From contig JAZRXX010000033.1 in assembly GCA_045600485.1 (NCBI GenBank), positions 2,474-66,473 on the forward strand: 64,000 nucleotides of DNA, read 5' to 3'. Of the stretch, positions 52,392 to 61,978 are shown piece after piece. Source of the stretch: Bacteroidales bacterium (lineage in GTDB: Bacteria > Bacteroidota > Bacteroidia > Bacteroidales > UBA3663). The notes below the pieces were generated by a model, which was given only the letters and a program-made list of their open reading frames with translations, was not told where the DNA came from and searched no databases. Each line of letters begins with the position of its first letter. Position 1 is the stretch's first letter. The translations under genes were made by a program, and so were the position numbers.

Positions 52392-54668
52392 ATGAAAAAT
52401 ATATTCTCTTGTTTGTTGTTATTCGGCTCTATGCTCAATGCATCAGCCAGTGTCACCATCCAATCGGTTGGCGGTTGGTTTGAGAGTGGTTATGTCACTT
52501 GGAGTCCTGTCGAGGGCGCTATTTCCTATAATGTCTATTACAAATCCAGCGATGCCGTCGAGTATATTCAACTCGATGCACCATTGGTACGAGAATATAA
52601 AGAATATGGTCGCGCCGATGTATTGGGCATCACTGCCGGCACCTATCAGTTCAAGGTTGTTCCTGTCAATTCCGACGGAGAAATGACATCAGAAGCGACT
52701 GAAACCACGACTTTCGAAGCCAAAGCCCACGATCGTGGAGGCTTTGCGCATTACAAAACAGCCAGTTCCACATTCAATCCAGCCAATGGCATCGGAGCAT
52801 ACAAAAACGATGGAACGCTCAAGGCTGGCGCCAAAGTTTTCTATGTCTGCGCCAACAACGCCAAGAACATTTCGACCGATGTCATTACCGACAGCAAAGG
52901 TGGCAAGACCACAGCTACAGGTCTGCAGAGTATCATCGATCTCTACCAGAAAGGCTACGACAAGACACCTATCGACTTCCGCATTATCGGAACCATCAAG
53001 GCCGCAGATATGGACAAGTTCTCCTCTTCGGCCGAAGGTCTTCAGATCAAAGGCAACAAAGCCTATAGCGAGATGAACATCACAATCGAAGGTGTAGGCA
53101 ACGACGCAACAATCCATGGTTTCGGTTTCTTGTTGCGCAATGCCTGCTCTGTCGAACTCCGTAACTTTGGCATCATGTGGTGCATGGACGATGCCGTCTC
53201 GATGGACACCGACAATTCGAACCTATGGATCCATAATCTTGATCTCTTCTATGGTCGCCCGGGTGGTGCTGCTGACCAGAAGAAAGGTGATGGTACACTC
53301 GACATCAAAGGAGACTCAAAATACACAACCCTCTCCTACAACCACATGTGGGACAATGGCAAATCCAGCCTTTGCGGCATGACATCTGAATCTGGACCAA
53401 ACTATTTGACCTATCACCACAATTGGTTTGACCACAGCGACTCGCGCCATCCCCGCATCCGTACCATGTCGGTACACATCTATAATAATTACTACGATGG
53501 CAACTCTAAATATGGAGTTGGTGCCACTTCCGGTTCCGATGTTTTCGTCGAAAACAACTACTTCCGCAACTGCAAGTACCCAATGTTAAGTTCAAAACAG
53601 GGTTCAGATGTGAACAATGGAGTTGGAACCTCCGACCAGACCAAAGGTACATTCTCGGGCGAAGCAGGAGGCAGCATCAAGGCTTTCGGCAATTTCATGA
53701 CTGGACAGAAGAGCTTTGAACCATACAAGGATGGAGATGCCACCTATAGCCATCATTTCGATGCCTACGTTGCCACCAGTCGAGATGAAAAGGTTCCTGC
53801 AACCGTCGTAGCTCTATTGGGACAAGACACCTATAGTAACTTCGATACCGACGCTGCACTCATGTATGCAGATTATCATTGTGACGAAGCCACCCAAGTA
53901 CCATCCATCCTGATGGGAACTTATGGCGCAGGACGTTGTCAGCATGGAGACTTCAGTTGGACCTTTGGTGCCAACGAAGATACCAACGATCAAGTCATTG
54001 CAGCTCTATCATCCGCCATACAGAACTACCAATCCACTCTTGTCGGCTTCTACGGTGAAACCATCAGCAACGGTGGAGGTTCGTCAGACAATAATAATGG
54101 CAGCAGCGACGAAAGTGGTTCTGATGATGATACTCCAGGCAACGATGACGGCAGTGACAATACCCCTATCGAGGGAACTGAGATCTGCCATTTCACAGGC
54201 AATACACCTTCGCTATCGATGGTCAAGCTTGTAACCGGCAATTATTCGAACAGCAAAGGTACTGTCACATACAATGGGGAATCCTATAATATCTGCATTA
54301 AGATGGAAACGGCCACCGATATTGTGATTACACCGACATCCAACTGTACGGTTACGCTCATCTTCGGTGGATCGACCTCTGCTGCAGGTGCGAAAATCAA
54401 ACTCGATGGTATTACCAAAAACCTTGACAGCAATGGACAATACTCCTTCGAAGCCAATGCCAAGCAATCCTATAGTCTGAAGAAAGGTGACAGTATAAAT
54501 CTTTTCCTAATCGTCTTCAACAGCACAACAGAGACTGGTTTATACAATATAGGAACAATTGCTTCCTCAGCCCCTCTGTATGACTTGAATGGCCGTTCAG
54601 AAGAGAGTGAACCACAATCAGGCAAATTGTATGTTTCGAATAGCAAGATATTTGTAATCAAAAAATAG
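52392..54668 (+). CDS. Secreted pectate lyase (PL1-like) with Fn3-like N-terminal domain, Gly/Ser/Asp linker and T9SS-type C-terminal sorting domain
   Basis: Signal peptide MKNIFSCLLLFGSMLNASA. The parallel beta-helix core has DAVSMD...NLWIHNLDL and SRHPRIR (PL1 R-x-P-x-R). The linker is GGGSSDNNNGSSDESGSDDD. The C-terminus ...LYDLNGRSE...KIFVIKK resembles a Por/T9SS CTD. Confidence 0.7.
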   Translation: MKNIFSCLLLFGSMLNASASVTIQSVGGWFESGYVTWSPVEGAISYNVYYKSSDAVEYIQLDAPLVREYKEYGRADVLGITAGTYQFKVVPVNSDGEMTSEATETTTFEAKAHDRGGFAHYKTASSTFNPANGIGAYKNDGTLKAGAKVFYVCANNAKNISTDVITDSKGGKTTATGLQSIIDLYQKGYDKTPIDFRIIGTIKAADMDKFSSSAEGLQIKGNKAYSEMNITIEGVGNDATIHGFGFLLRNACSVELRNFGIMWCMDDAVSMDTDNSNLWIHNLDLFYGRPGGAADQKKGDGTLDIKGDSKYTTLSYNHMWDNGKSSLCGMTSESGPNYLTYHHNWFDHSDSRHPRIRTMSVHIYNNYYDGNSKYGVGATSGSDVFVENNYFRNCKYPMLSSKQGSDVNNGVGTSDQTKGTFSGEAGGSIKAFGNFMTGQKSFEPYKDGDATYSHHFDAYVATSRDEKVPATVVALLGQDTYSNFDTDAALMYADYHCDEATQVPSILMGTYGAGRCQHGDFSWTFGANEDTNDQVIAALSSAIQNYQSTLVGFYGETISNGGGSSDNNNGSSDESGSDDDTPGNDDGSDNTPIEGTEICHFTGNTPSLSMVKLVTGNYSNSKGTVTYNGESYNICIKMETATDIVITPTSNCTVTLIFGGSTSAAGAKIKLDGITKNLDSNGQYSFEANAKQSYSLKKGDSINLFLIVFNSTTETGLYNIGTIASSAPLYDLNGRSEESEPQSGKLYVSNSKIFVIKK

Positions 54669-54696
54669 TTATAACGGAGATAACTACTGTATTGTC

Positions 54697-54869
54697 TCAA
54701 TGACTTGTATATAAACTCACACGAAGGCACGAAGAAAAAAAGTCTTTCCCCCTTAGTTATCTTTGTGTGGTCTCAATTTATCACAAAGGGGATCAAGTTC
54801 ACAAAGGCAATATGCCACAGGCCTTCGTCTTCTTTGTGGCTTTGTGTGAGTTATTATATAATCTCGACG
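54697..54869. repeat. Family C intergenic repeat, copy 2
   Basis: See 35551-35723. Like copy 1, it lies just downstream of a plus-strand gene stop. Confidence 0.8.
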
Positions 54870-54920
54870 AGGTGATACACTACTTTCAAGTTTTTGCTTG
54901 AGAAACTTGAGATATTGAGA

Positions 54921-54964
54921 AAAAAAAGAGATGGGGCTATGCCGAAGCATAACCCCATCTTTTT
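54921..54964 (-). terminator. Bidirectional intrinsic terminator (A7-hairpin-T4); strong on the minus strand
   Basis: GAGATGGGG (54928-54936) / CCCCATCT (54953-54960). On the minus strand the hairpin is followed by a T-run (complement of 54921-54927). Confidence 0.6.
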
Positions 54965-54997
54965 ATTGGTGAAAGAAGTAACTGAAAGATTATTTGA

Positions 54998-55162
54998 TTC
55001 AACTTTCGCAAGTTATTAACTTGCTCTCATTGAGGTATAAGGTAAAGGTTATAGGCTTTACGGAAGCGTATGATATCAGAAGACTGCATTCCGAACAGTT
55101 GTGGCGGCCTTTACCTTTTAGCTTTTAGCCTTTAGCCTCAAGTTGAGCTTGCGAAACTTGAA
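54998..55162. repeat. About 165 bp imperfect inverted repeat abutting the tig stop codon
   Basis: TTCAACTTTCGCAAG (54998-55012) pairs with CTTGCGAAACTTGAA (55148-55162) with one mismatch. Inner AAGGTAAAGG / CCTTTACCTT also pair. The right arm contains tandem TTTTAGC-like units. Confidence 0.6.
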
Positions 55163-56512
55163 TTATTTGAACATCTCCTGGAACTTCTCGAGAGTAACCT
55201 CCTTCTTGGTCAAAGAAACAGCCTCCTTGATCTCAGCCATGATCTTGCGGGTCATAGCGCTGTCGCGAAGCTGAGCACGCTGCTTCTCATCCTTAACGAT
55301 GCTCTCAACATACGAAGCCATATACTCCTCTGGGAGGCTGGTCATACCGTACTGAGCCATTTGTGCAGAAACCATCTCGCGAGCCTCGTTCTTGATATCG
55401 TCGTCGCTGAGCTTGATCTCCTTCATAGAAACGATCTTCTCCTCGATGAGCTGCCAGGTGAGATCCTCCATCATCTTTGGGAAATCCTCCTCGAGCTTAG
55501 CAGCGTCACGGTTCTCGTCCTTAGCAAGCAACCACTTCTTGAGAGCGTCAGCTGGGAACTTGAGTTCGCCAACCTGCTTCATCAAAGCCTCCTTGGCATC
55601 GAGGTTGAACTTGTACTCGCTGTTCATAGCGAGCTGAGCTGCGATACCCTCCGAAACCTTAGCCTTGAAAGCCTCCTCGGTGGTGCATTCCTCGCCGTAT
55701 GCAGACTTGAAGAACTCTTCGTTCATCTCAGCAGCCTGACGGTGCATGATGTCGGTGATAGTGAAACGGAAGTTTGCGGTGCAACCAGCAACCTCCTCCT
55801 GCTTCTTCTGGAGCAGGCTTGCGATCTCGGCCTGATTATTGTTGTAGGCAGCAGCTGGGTTGAAGTCAACTGAAGCGAGCTTCTTGGCACCTTCGAACTT
55901 CTTCTTCTCATCCTCGCCCTGCATGTAACGTGGGTAAACAGTAGCGTCGGTAGCCTCGATACCACCCTCCTTGATGTTACCGTTCTCGTCGAGCTCAGCG
56001 ATGTTGCCCTTGATTACGTCGTCGGCAGTTGCCTCATCAGCAGAAACCGAAGTACCGAACTGGTTGCGGAGACCATTGATCTGATCCTCCATCATCTTGT
56101 CCTCTACCTTGATGGTGTAGTAAGGAACCTTGACGCTCTTGTCGAGGGTAAGCTCGAACTCAGGAGCGAGAGCGATGTCGAACTTAACGGTGAACTTCTC
56201 AGCAGTAGCGAAGTCAACAGGCTCCTGCTCGCCGTTTACCATTGGCTCACCGAGAACGTTGAGCTTGTTCTCTGCAATATAGTTATACATGGCGTTATTG
56301 ATTACCTTGTTGACCTCGTCAACGGTAACCTGCTGGCCATACATCTTCTTAACCAGACCTGCTGGAACCATACCCTTACGGAAACCAGGCATCTGAATGT
56401 TCTTACGAGCGTTCTTAAGCTCTTTCTCTACGGCCTCTGCATAATCGGCCTTCTCAATCTCCAGGCTGAGTACGATGTTCACATCGTCAACAACTTGCTT
56501 TGAAATGTTCAT
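55163..56512 (-). CDS. tig: Trigger factor
   Basis: 449 aa acidic protein whose N-terminal ribosome-binding region contains GFRKGMVP (GFRxGxxP motif). Confidence 0.9.
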   Translation of the reverse strand: MNISKQVVDDVNIVLSLEIEKADYAEAVEKELKNARKNIQMPGFRKGMVPAGLVKKMYGQQVTVDEVNKVINNAMYNYIAENKLNVLGEPMVNGEQEPVDFATAEKFTVKFDIALAPEFELTLDKSVKVPYYTIKVEDKMMEDQINGLRNQFGTSVSADEATADDVIKGNIAELDENGNIKEGGIEATDATVYPRYMQGEDEKKKFEGAKKLASVDFNPAAAYNNNQAEIASLLQKKQEEVAGCTANFRFTITDIMHRQAAEMNEEFFKSAYGEECTTEEAFKAKVSEGIAAQLAMNSEYKFNLDAKEALMKQVGELKFPADALKKWLLAKDENRDAAKLEEDFPKMMEDLTWQLIEEKIVSMKEIKLSDDDIKNEAREMVSAQMAQYGMTSLPEEYMASYVESIVKDEKQRAQLRDSAMTRKIMAEIKEAVSLTKKEVTLEKFQEMFK

Positions 56513-56553
56513 TTTTTAATCTATATATAATTAATAATATATTTTCGTGGGCG

Positions 56554-56561
56554 CAAAGGTA
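56554..56561 (-). promoter_or_regulatory. -7 promoter box (reverse complement TACCTTTG) for tig
   Basis: Exact TAnnTTTG on the minus strand, 42 nt upstream of the ATG at 56512. Confidence 0.45.
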
Positions 56562-56562
56562 C

Positions 56563-56602
56563 AAAAAATCCACGAATACACCAAATATTCGCGGATTTTT
56601 TT
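56563..56602 (-). terminator. Intrinsic terminator downstream of the alkaline phosphatase gene (bidirectional A6-hairpin-T7)
   Basis: AATCCACGAATA (56567-56578) / TATTCGCGGATT (56586-56597), flanked by A-run and T-run. Confidence 0.65.
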
Positions 56603-56671
56603 ATCACAAATTGCATCAAATCGGTCATAATCGCCCAATTTAGCAATATAGAATGTGCTTTGTACGTCTGT

Positions 56672-58132
56672 TTATTTGCCCAATCCCATGATCTTGGCGA
56701 TCTTCAGTGGAATTTCGGCATTGTCGTTGTGGCCCATAAACTCCTCCTTGCCTACACCAACGGCATAGACTGGTACAAGACCGGCAGTGTGTCCACCCGA
56801 AGTCCAACCCACATGAGCCTTGTCCTGCAGGATGAACAATGCTTCGGTCATGAAGGCTTTGCTCGAAGCGTAGAGCGTACGGGTATCACTGGCCTCGCCC
56901 GAAATGGTTTTATCAAACAATGCCTTCAGACGAGCCTCTTCTGAACCACGGAGCGAGATGTGCGACCACAAACCGAAATCTTTCGAGAGCTGTTCCTTGA
57001 CCTGTTCCCAAGTCAGATTCTTCATACCACCCACCTGATTGGCCAATGCCATCATGTTGCGGTTCGCCTCATCGAGCGAAGCCGTCTGGTATTGCAGCAC
57101 CTTGAAGTTGGTCTTGTAGCCACCGTACTGACAACCCAACGAGATGCCACCCGTCTCATGGTCGGAGGTGAAGACAATGAGTGTTTCATCTGGATGTTCC
57201 TGATAGAAATCGAGCGCGAGTCTCATGCAGCTGTCGGCAGCAAGGACCTCCTGGAAAGCAGATGCTCCATCGTGAGCATGACAGGCGAAATCAACCTTAC
57301 CACCAGTTTCATTGAAGAGATAGAAGCCGGTATTCTTCTCCTGCGCTTTGCGATACAGGATCTCTAATTCTGCCTTGAACTGATCGACAATAGTGACCTG
57401 ACCTGGCTTGCGGTCAATCCAATATGGCAACGAGTAGTTGTCTGGTACCTTACCTTGCAACATGACCAACTTGTCGGCCTTGCGACCTTCGCGCTCATAG
57501 TCCTCGTTGGTAAAGCAGATTGTATAGCCTGCTTTTCGTAGTGCATTGTAGATGCTGTCGCGAATCTCTGGTTTATTGTACTTGCCTTCGAGGTTGATAC
57601 TGCCACCTCCAAAGAACTCAAAACCTGTGGCCTCCATTTGGCAAGCCAAATCATAATACTGGTTACGGTCGCGCACATGGCCAAAGTGTGCGGCTGGTGT
57701 GGCGTGATTTACCGGACACGAAGATCCAACTCCGACCACATAACCGGCATCGTGGGCACGCTGAGCTACGCTTACGATTGGAGTCACACTATCGGGCAAC
57801 ATACCAATGGCTCCATTGTAAGTCTTCTGGCCACAAGCCAAAGCAGTTCCAGAAGCCGCACTATCGGTCACATCGCTCGATGTGCTGTAAGTCGAAGCAA
57901 CACCCACTACAGGCGATTTGCTCACCCACAACGGCGTACGTCCCAATTCTCCTTTCAATTCAGAGAGCATGATCTCTGTACCCAACACAGCATTGATACC
58001 TGTTCCATCGCTGATGAAATAGAACACATACTTGGGCTGCTTCGGGGCATCATTTTTGGTCTTTGGCTTGGCCATGACACTGGTGCATGCAAGGCAAGAC
58101 AAAAACAAGAATACAAACTTTATCAATTTCAT
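56672..58132 (-). CDS. Alkaline phosphatase (PhoA family)
   Basis: Signal peptide. VTDSAASGTALACGQKT contains the D-S-A active-site Ser motif. TSDHETGG is also present. Confidence 0.85.
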   Translation of the reverse strand: MKLIKFVFLFLSCLACTSVMAKPKTKNDAPKQPKYVFYFISDGTGINAVLGTEIMLSELKGELGRTPLWVSKSPVVGVASTYSTSSDVTDSAASGTALACGQKTYNGAIGMLPDSVTPIVSVAQRAHDAGYVVGVGSSCPVNHATPAAHFGHVRDRNQYYDLACQMEATGFEFFGGGSINLEGKYNKPEIRDSIYNALRKAGYTICFTNEDYEREGRKADKLVMLQGKVPDNYSLPYWIDRKPGQVTIVDQFKAELEILYRKAQEKNTGFYLFNETGGKVDFACHAHDGASAFQEVLAADSCMRLALDFYQEHPDETLIVFTSDHETGGISLGCQYGGYKTNFKVLQYQTASLDEANRNMMALANQVGGMKNLTWEQVKEQLSKDFGLWSHISLRGSEEARLKALFDKTISGEASDTRTLYASSKAFMTEALFILQDKAHVGWTSGGHTAGLVPVYAVGVGKEEFMGHNDNAEIPLKIAKIMGLGK

Positions 58133-58189
58133 AATATGTTAATTTTAGTCTTTGGAATTAATTAGGCGTTATATCATTCATGAAGACAA

Positions 58190-59899
58190 TCATCGTTCTT
58201 TGACAACTATTCGCCATTTTTCCATCTCCTGGGAGAAATAATCGATAATAGCCTGATTTTCGCCATAAACGGATTTGCACTTGGCGAAGAAGTCGTCCAT
58301 TTCTGCCTCTATCGCCAGAGCATCTTCCCACATCTTGAATTCAGCATAGATGGCATAAAGATTGACCAAATTCATTGTTTTGTACAATAGTTCACCATCA
58401 GGATTGCTTTTGTAGGCCTCTGTACACCATTTAAAAATCTGACGGTGCAACGAAAGGCACAATGCTGTATCATTTTGTTCTTTAGCAAAATCTGCAATTT
58501 GTGAGGTACACTCGTAACGGAGTCTAAGGCGAAACAAGTCTCCATTTGCATTCTGTTCAATCAAATTATTCAATTCGTCCATCTGGCGAAAAGCTTCGTC
58601 GGATGATATGCGTTGTAGAGCATAAGCACAACAGTTAGCATAGCCACGAATAAAATATAGTTCTTCGATGTAAACTTCTGGCGCATCATCGTAGAGAGAT
58701 TGAACCGATGGAATGACAGAGGTGGCATAGTCGTAGCACTCCTGATACTGTCCCATGGAATGATAGTAACGGCACATGGCAACACCCAGTTTGGACATAA
58801 CTCGTTTTGCCTTCATACTGGTGCCCTGCGTCTGTAGGAGCTTTTGGGCCATATCGTTGGCAAGCAATATATACTTATTGCCATTTTCAGAATCGTAAAC
58901 TGTCTGACAATATAGACCGAAAAAACGACACATATTGGCCTTATCCCACCCTTCGGCATGACGTATGGCAATAGGAGTATATGCAAGAATTTCAGCCGTA
59001 TTCATCTGCTGGGAGCAGTCATCGACATAAAGTGATACAGCTGGCAGATAGGTTGTATCGGCATCAGCGACAGACTTGAGCAATCGAGCCGCCTTCTGGA
59101 AATTGGTCGAACCACCTGCAAGTCGATAGGTTATTACCTGACGCTCGATGGACTTGATCAAAGCACTACGCTGTTTTTCTTGCTGCGAACGTGCATTGTC
59201 CAAGGCAGCCTGGTCGAGATCAATCTTGCGGATGTCGGACGACTGATGATTGAATCTTCCCAAATAGTCTGCCTCTTCGTAGGCACGAATAGCTTCATCG
59301 AAGCGTCCTTGGTTGACCAGTTCAACAAGATGCGATTGCTGAGATGTCAATTCAGTCAAATCAATACGCACAAAATGATCCACATACGATTCGAGCATCG
59401 AAAGCTGATGCTGGAACTCACTGTCCAGACGTTTCAAACTGGCTTGAAAAGCCTCTTCCTGCAACCTGGATTGTTTCCAGTCTTCGGCCAGACGGAGACT
59501 GTCTTGCCGATACTGGCGCCGATAGTTGTCGGATGCCAACTGCATGTAGCGCTCCTTCATGCTGCGAATGCGGCTGGAAGGGCAAAGTACCAAACGGAAC
59601 GGCTGAGCTGGACTGATTGTCCATTGTTCGATGGCTTGTGTATTGAATATTTCGTAGCCATTACGTTCTATTCGACGAACCTGAACCGGATCGCCGGCAT
59701 GCATAGTACGAAACTCAAGATTCAGACTACCATTGGCATCGCTGATGACTGAAGGGGCATTACCGACCGATACACTCACACCACTCAACGGCGTGGCAGG
59801 TTGGGCTCCCTGATACTCGACCACTTGTACTTTCTGACTGACCTGCGCCATGCCACAGACGCAGAACAACGACAATGCAACGCTTACAAAATACTTCAT
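58190..59899 (-). CDS. Secreted CarboxypepD_reg-like + coiled coil + TPR-like protein, paralogue of 39367-41367
   Basis: Signal peptide MKYFVSVALSLFCVCGMA/Q. SDANGSLNLEFRTMHAGDPVQVRRIERNGYEI aligns with SDANGEFTLRFRQLKPGDRIIIRRCIKSGYSI of the paralogue. DHFVRIDLTELTSQQSHLVELVNQGRFDEAIRAYEE aligns with DRFVKLDLTALTAEEQKIMSYVRDGNFEKAIAAYDK. Confidence 0.7.
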   Translation of the reverse strand: MKYFVSVALSLFCVCGMAQVSQKVQVVEYQGAQPATPLSGVSVSVGNAPSVISDANGSLNLEFRTMHAGDPVQVRRIERNGYEIFNTQAIEQWTISPAQPFRLVLCPSSRIRSMKERYMQLASDNYRRQYRQDSLRLAEDWKQSRLQEEAFQASLKRLDSEFQHQLSMLESYVDHFVRIDLTELTSQQSHLVELVNQGRFDEAIRAYEEADYLGRFNHQSSDIRKIDLDQAALDNARSQQEKQRSALIKSIERQVITYRLAGGSTNFQKAARLLKSVADADTTYLPAVSLYVDDCSQQMNTAEILAYTPIAIRHAEGWDKANMCRFFGLYCQTVYDSENGNKYILLANDMAQKLLQTQGTSMKAKRVMSKLGVAMCRYYHSMGQYQECYDYATSVIPSVQSLYDDAPEVYIEELYFIRGYANCCAYALQRISSDEAFRQMDELNNLIEQNANGDLFRLRLRYECTSQIADFAKEQNDTALCLSLHRQIFKWCTEAYKSNPDGELLYKTMNLVNLYAIYAEFKMWEDALAIEAEMDDFFAKCKSVYGENQAIIDYFSQEMEKWRIVVKER

Positions 59900-59929
59900 C
59901 GGGAACTTTGTGTTGGATTACAGATTCTC

Positions 59930-61378
59930 TTACACAGGCATATTACCGTGTTTCTTGGGTGGATTGCTCTGGTTCTTGTTGCGACAGCACTCCAGACCTT
60001 TGATGATGGCAGAACGTGTATCAGCAGGATTGATAATATCGTCGATATAACCCAATTCGGCAGCACAATACGGATTGCTGAACTTGGCTTCATATTCCTT
60101 GATACGCTCCTCCTGTTGCTCTGGAGTCTCCTTGCGATACAGGATTGAAACAGCGCCCTTGGCTCCCATCACAGCGATCTCGGCACTCTCGTAGGCCAAA
60201 TTGACATCAGCTCCAAGCTGCTTGCAGTTCATGACAATATAGGCACCACCATAAGCCTTACGGGTAATGAGGGTAATCTTAGGCACAGTAGCCTCGGCAT
60301 AAGCATAGAGCAACTTGGCTCCGTGACGGATAATGCCACCATGCTCCTGGTTCAGACCCGGCAAGAAGCCCGGCACATCTTCGATGGTAACAATCGGGAT
60401 GTTGAAGCAATCACAGAAACGGACAAAGCGTGCTGCCTTCTCCGAGGCATCGATATCGAGTGAACCTGCCAATACCTGTGGTTGGTTAGCAACGAAGCCT
60501 ACGGTACGACCAGCCATTCGACCGAACCCAATCACAATGTTTTTGGCAAAGTTTGGTGCAATCTCGAAGAAGTACTGATGATCACAGATAGGCTCGATGA
60601 TATCCTTGATGTTGTAAGGGATATTCGGATTGGCAGGCACTACACCCTCCAGTTCATGGACCTTACGGTTCAATTCGTCGGTAGCCGGGTGAATCGGCGC
60701 ATCCTCCATGTTATTGCTTGGCAGGAATCCGATCAACTCACGAATAGTCATCAAACACTCCTCATCGTTGTCGCAAGCGAACTGGCAGACGCCCGACTTT
60801 GTGCTATGAACATCTGCGCCACCAAGTGTCTCCTTATCGCACTCTTCGTTGGTGACCTGCTTGACTACATTCGGACCCGTAATGAACATCTGAGACTCCT
60901 CTTTGACCATCAGGATGAAGTCGGTCAGTGCCGGACTATAACAGCTACCGCCTGCACATGGACCCATGATGGCAGAAATCTGAGGAATAACGCCCGAAGC
61001 CTGAACATTGCGATAGAAGATATCGCCGAAACCCGAAAGACTCTCGATACCCTCCTGAATACGTGCGCCTCCCGAATCGTTGAGTCCGATGATCGGTGCT
61101 CCATTCTTCAGGGCAGCATCCTGTACCTTGGCGATCTTGGCTGCGTTGGCAGCCGACAGGGAACCGCCCAACACGGCAAAGTCGAAGGCATAGACGAAGA
61201 CCAGACGGCCATCAATCTTGCCATAGCCACACACAACGCCATCGCCAGCGATGCGCTTCTGCTCCATTCCGAAGTTGGAGCAATGATGCTTTACATACTT
61301 GTCCACCTCTACAAAGGTGTCCTTATCCAATAATATATCAATTCTTTCTCGAACAGAAAGTTTCTTTGGTTCTGCCAT
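59930..61378 (-). CDS. Acyl-CoA carboxylase carboxyltransferase subunit (propionyl-CoA carboxylase beta / methylmalonyl-CoA decarboxylase alpha family)
   Basis: SVRERIDILLDKDTFVE...GGSLS...GLNDSGGARIQEG...GPCAGG are carboxyltransferase signatures. Confidence 0.85.
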   Translation of the reverse strand: MAEPKKLSVRERIDILLDKDTFVEVDKYVKHHCSNFGMEQKRIAGDGVVCGYGKIDGRLVFVYAFDFAVLGGSLSAANAAKIAKVQDAALKNGAPIIGLNDSGGARIQEGIESLSGFGDIFYRNVQASGVIPQISAIMGPCAGGSCYSPALTDFILMVKEESQMFITGPNVVKQVTNEECDKETLGGADVHSTKSGVCQFACDNDEECLMTIRELIGFLPSNNMEDAPIHPATDELNRKVHELEGVVPANPNIPYNIKDIIEPICDHQYFFEIAPNFAKNIVIGFGRMAGRTVGFVANQPQVLAGSLDIDASEKAARFVRFCDCFNIPIVTIEDVPGFLPGLNQEHGGIIRHGAKLLYAYAEATVPKITLITRKAYGGAYIVMNCKQLGADVNLAYESAEIAVMGAKGAVSILYRKETPEQQEERIKEYEAKFSNPYCAAELGYIDDIINPADTRSAIIKGLECCRNKNQSNPPKKHGNMPV

Positions 61379-61405
61379 AACTTTTAACTTTTCTTTTTTC
61401 TCTTT

Positions 61406-61924
61406 TCATTTTTCACTTTTCATCGTGAGCGCCACCAGCACCTGATCGACCATGACGCTGTCGCCCTCAGCACACTTGACCTCTGCCACGCTACAGGCTT
61501 CGGTCACCGAGATGTTGGACTGCATCTTCATGGCCTCGATAGTGAGCACAATGTCGCCCGGCTGGAGCTCCTGCCCTGGCTGCACATAGACCTTGACGAT
61601 CTTGCATGGCATCGGTGCCTTGATCTTGTCGGCCTGTTTCTCGCTATCATTTTTCTTGCGCATTCGCATGTATTTGGCCTGGCTGTCGAGCATATCGACC
61701 TCGTAGTTCGAATAGTTCAAACCGACACGATAGTGCTTGCCTGTATCGCCCTTGATGAGCGTTGCATTATATGAATTGCCATTGTTCAGTATCGAGACCT
61801 GACCATTAGCGAACATGCAGATGTCCACATTATACACTTTTCCATCTACTTCGATGGACACTTTATTACCTTCTTTCGACAACAGAGTCACCTCTGCCAA
61901 TCTATTTCCAATCTGTATTTCCAT
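61406..61924 (-). CDS. Biotin carboxyl carrier protein (biotin/lipoyl attachment domain)
   Basis: C-terminal IEAMKMQ biotinylation motif. Confidence 0.85.
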   Translation of the reverse strand: MEIQIGNRLAEVTLLSKEGNKVSIEVDGKVYNVDICMFANGQVSILNNGNSYNATLIKGDTGKHYRVGLNYSNYEVDMLDSQAKYMRMRKKNDSEKQADKIKAPMPCKIVKVYVQPGQELQPGDIVLTIEAMKMQSNISVTEACSVAEVKCAEGDSVMVDQVLVALTMKSEK

Positions 61925-61978
61925 ACTATGTGATGCTGCAGAAGATGTTGCAGCAATAATTATTAAACGAATGGGGCT

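Noticed and set aside
54753-54950. 65 aa ORF inside repeat family C, copy 2.
   Set aside because: The homologous copy at 35551-35723 has no equivalent open frame, so conservation is at the nucleotide level.
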